Positions 63,631-64,000 of a stretch of 64,000 nt of DNA are shown piece by piece. The DNA is from an uncultured Verrucomicrobiae bacterium (GTDB lineage: Bacteria; Verrucomicrobiota; Verrucomicrobiia; Chthoniobacterales; Chthoniobacteraceae), in the NCBI GenBank assembly GCA_963828525.1, contig CAWHEP010000011.1, forward strand, positions 64,001-128,000. Direction: 5' to 3'. The notes beneath the pieces are model-generated. The model was not told where the DNA came from, did no database searches, and worked only from the letters and a program-made list of their open reading frames with translations. Both the position numbers and the translations under genes were made by a program. Position 1 is the stretch's first letter; the number at the start of each line of letters is the position of its first letter.

Positions 63631-64000
63631 AAGCTCACCTCCAGGAGAGCGGGGCTGCTGCCGGAATTATCATACACAGTCCAGGCGTCCGAAACCAGCC
63701 GATATTCACTGATGAAATTGTTCCAGCCGCGATCATATCGACGGATCACGTCAGAGGGACATACGTATGTCCACCCTGTCTCACGCGCGAAGCGACTCTT
63801 CGAATCGCAAGCGATGGCGAACTAAGCTTTAGAAAGATGATCTCGATCCAATAGCCCGAGGCTTTCCACGCGCGAAGTCGCGCCAGGTGCCCTCGCCCAC
63901 TCAGCGTGCTTTCGAAGGCGAAATCTTCCCTTGCCTGAGCAAGCCGATCGATCTCGGCGAGGAAGAGGCGCCCTGCGGTCAATTCCGCCAAATTTGGAAA
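63627..64000 (-). CDS. Zeta-toxin-like P-loop ATPase, C-terminal part (5' end outside the window; apparent frameshift near 63760)
   Basis: 'DFAFESTLSG', 'RVASRVRQGGH', continuing 'VIRRYDRGW.NF...W.VYDNSG..P.LL'. Confidence 0.8.

Noticed and set aside
1..64000. CRISPR array, rRNA, integrase, transposase or prophage
   Set aside because: No spaced repeat array or corresponding protein motifs seen

Overview
Bacterial chromosomal segment, probably Verrucomicrobiota (Spartobacteria/Chthoniobacterales-like; inferred from gene content only). About twenty apparent single-base frameshifts interrupt otherwise intact genes, including rpoN. This looks like long-read indel error, so split ORFs are merged here. 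Layout: (1) 1-16 kb accessory region with several toxin-antitoxin modules and their operators, a membrane protein with an internally duplicated domain, an ECF sigma/anti-sigma operon with a CsgG-like protein, and a divergent ~1,700-aa CsgG-like/ankyrin protein. The two arms share twin back-to-back promoter motifs; tRNA-Arg(UCU) ends the region. (2) 17.5-34.3 kb operon of the MoxR/DUF58/BatA-VWA/DUF4159/DUF4175 type, ending in an apparent FHA-MoxR fusion and a methyltransferase. (3) pckG followed by a cluster of DUF4178, an unannotated 50-aa protein, a membrane aminopropyltransferase, a Tat flavoprotein and AdoMetDC. (4) Housekeeping block: deaD, pyrR-pyrB-pyrC with a PyrR-binding hairpin, mrp, rpoN, an NtrC-type regulator, DD-carboxypeptidase, CbiX/DR2241 and nth. 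(5) A urea/guanidine carboxylase with cgdAB, carrying Cys at the putative specificity residue, preceded by a zeta-like ATPase and a small partner gene.
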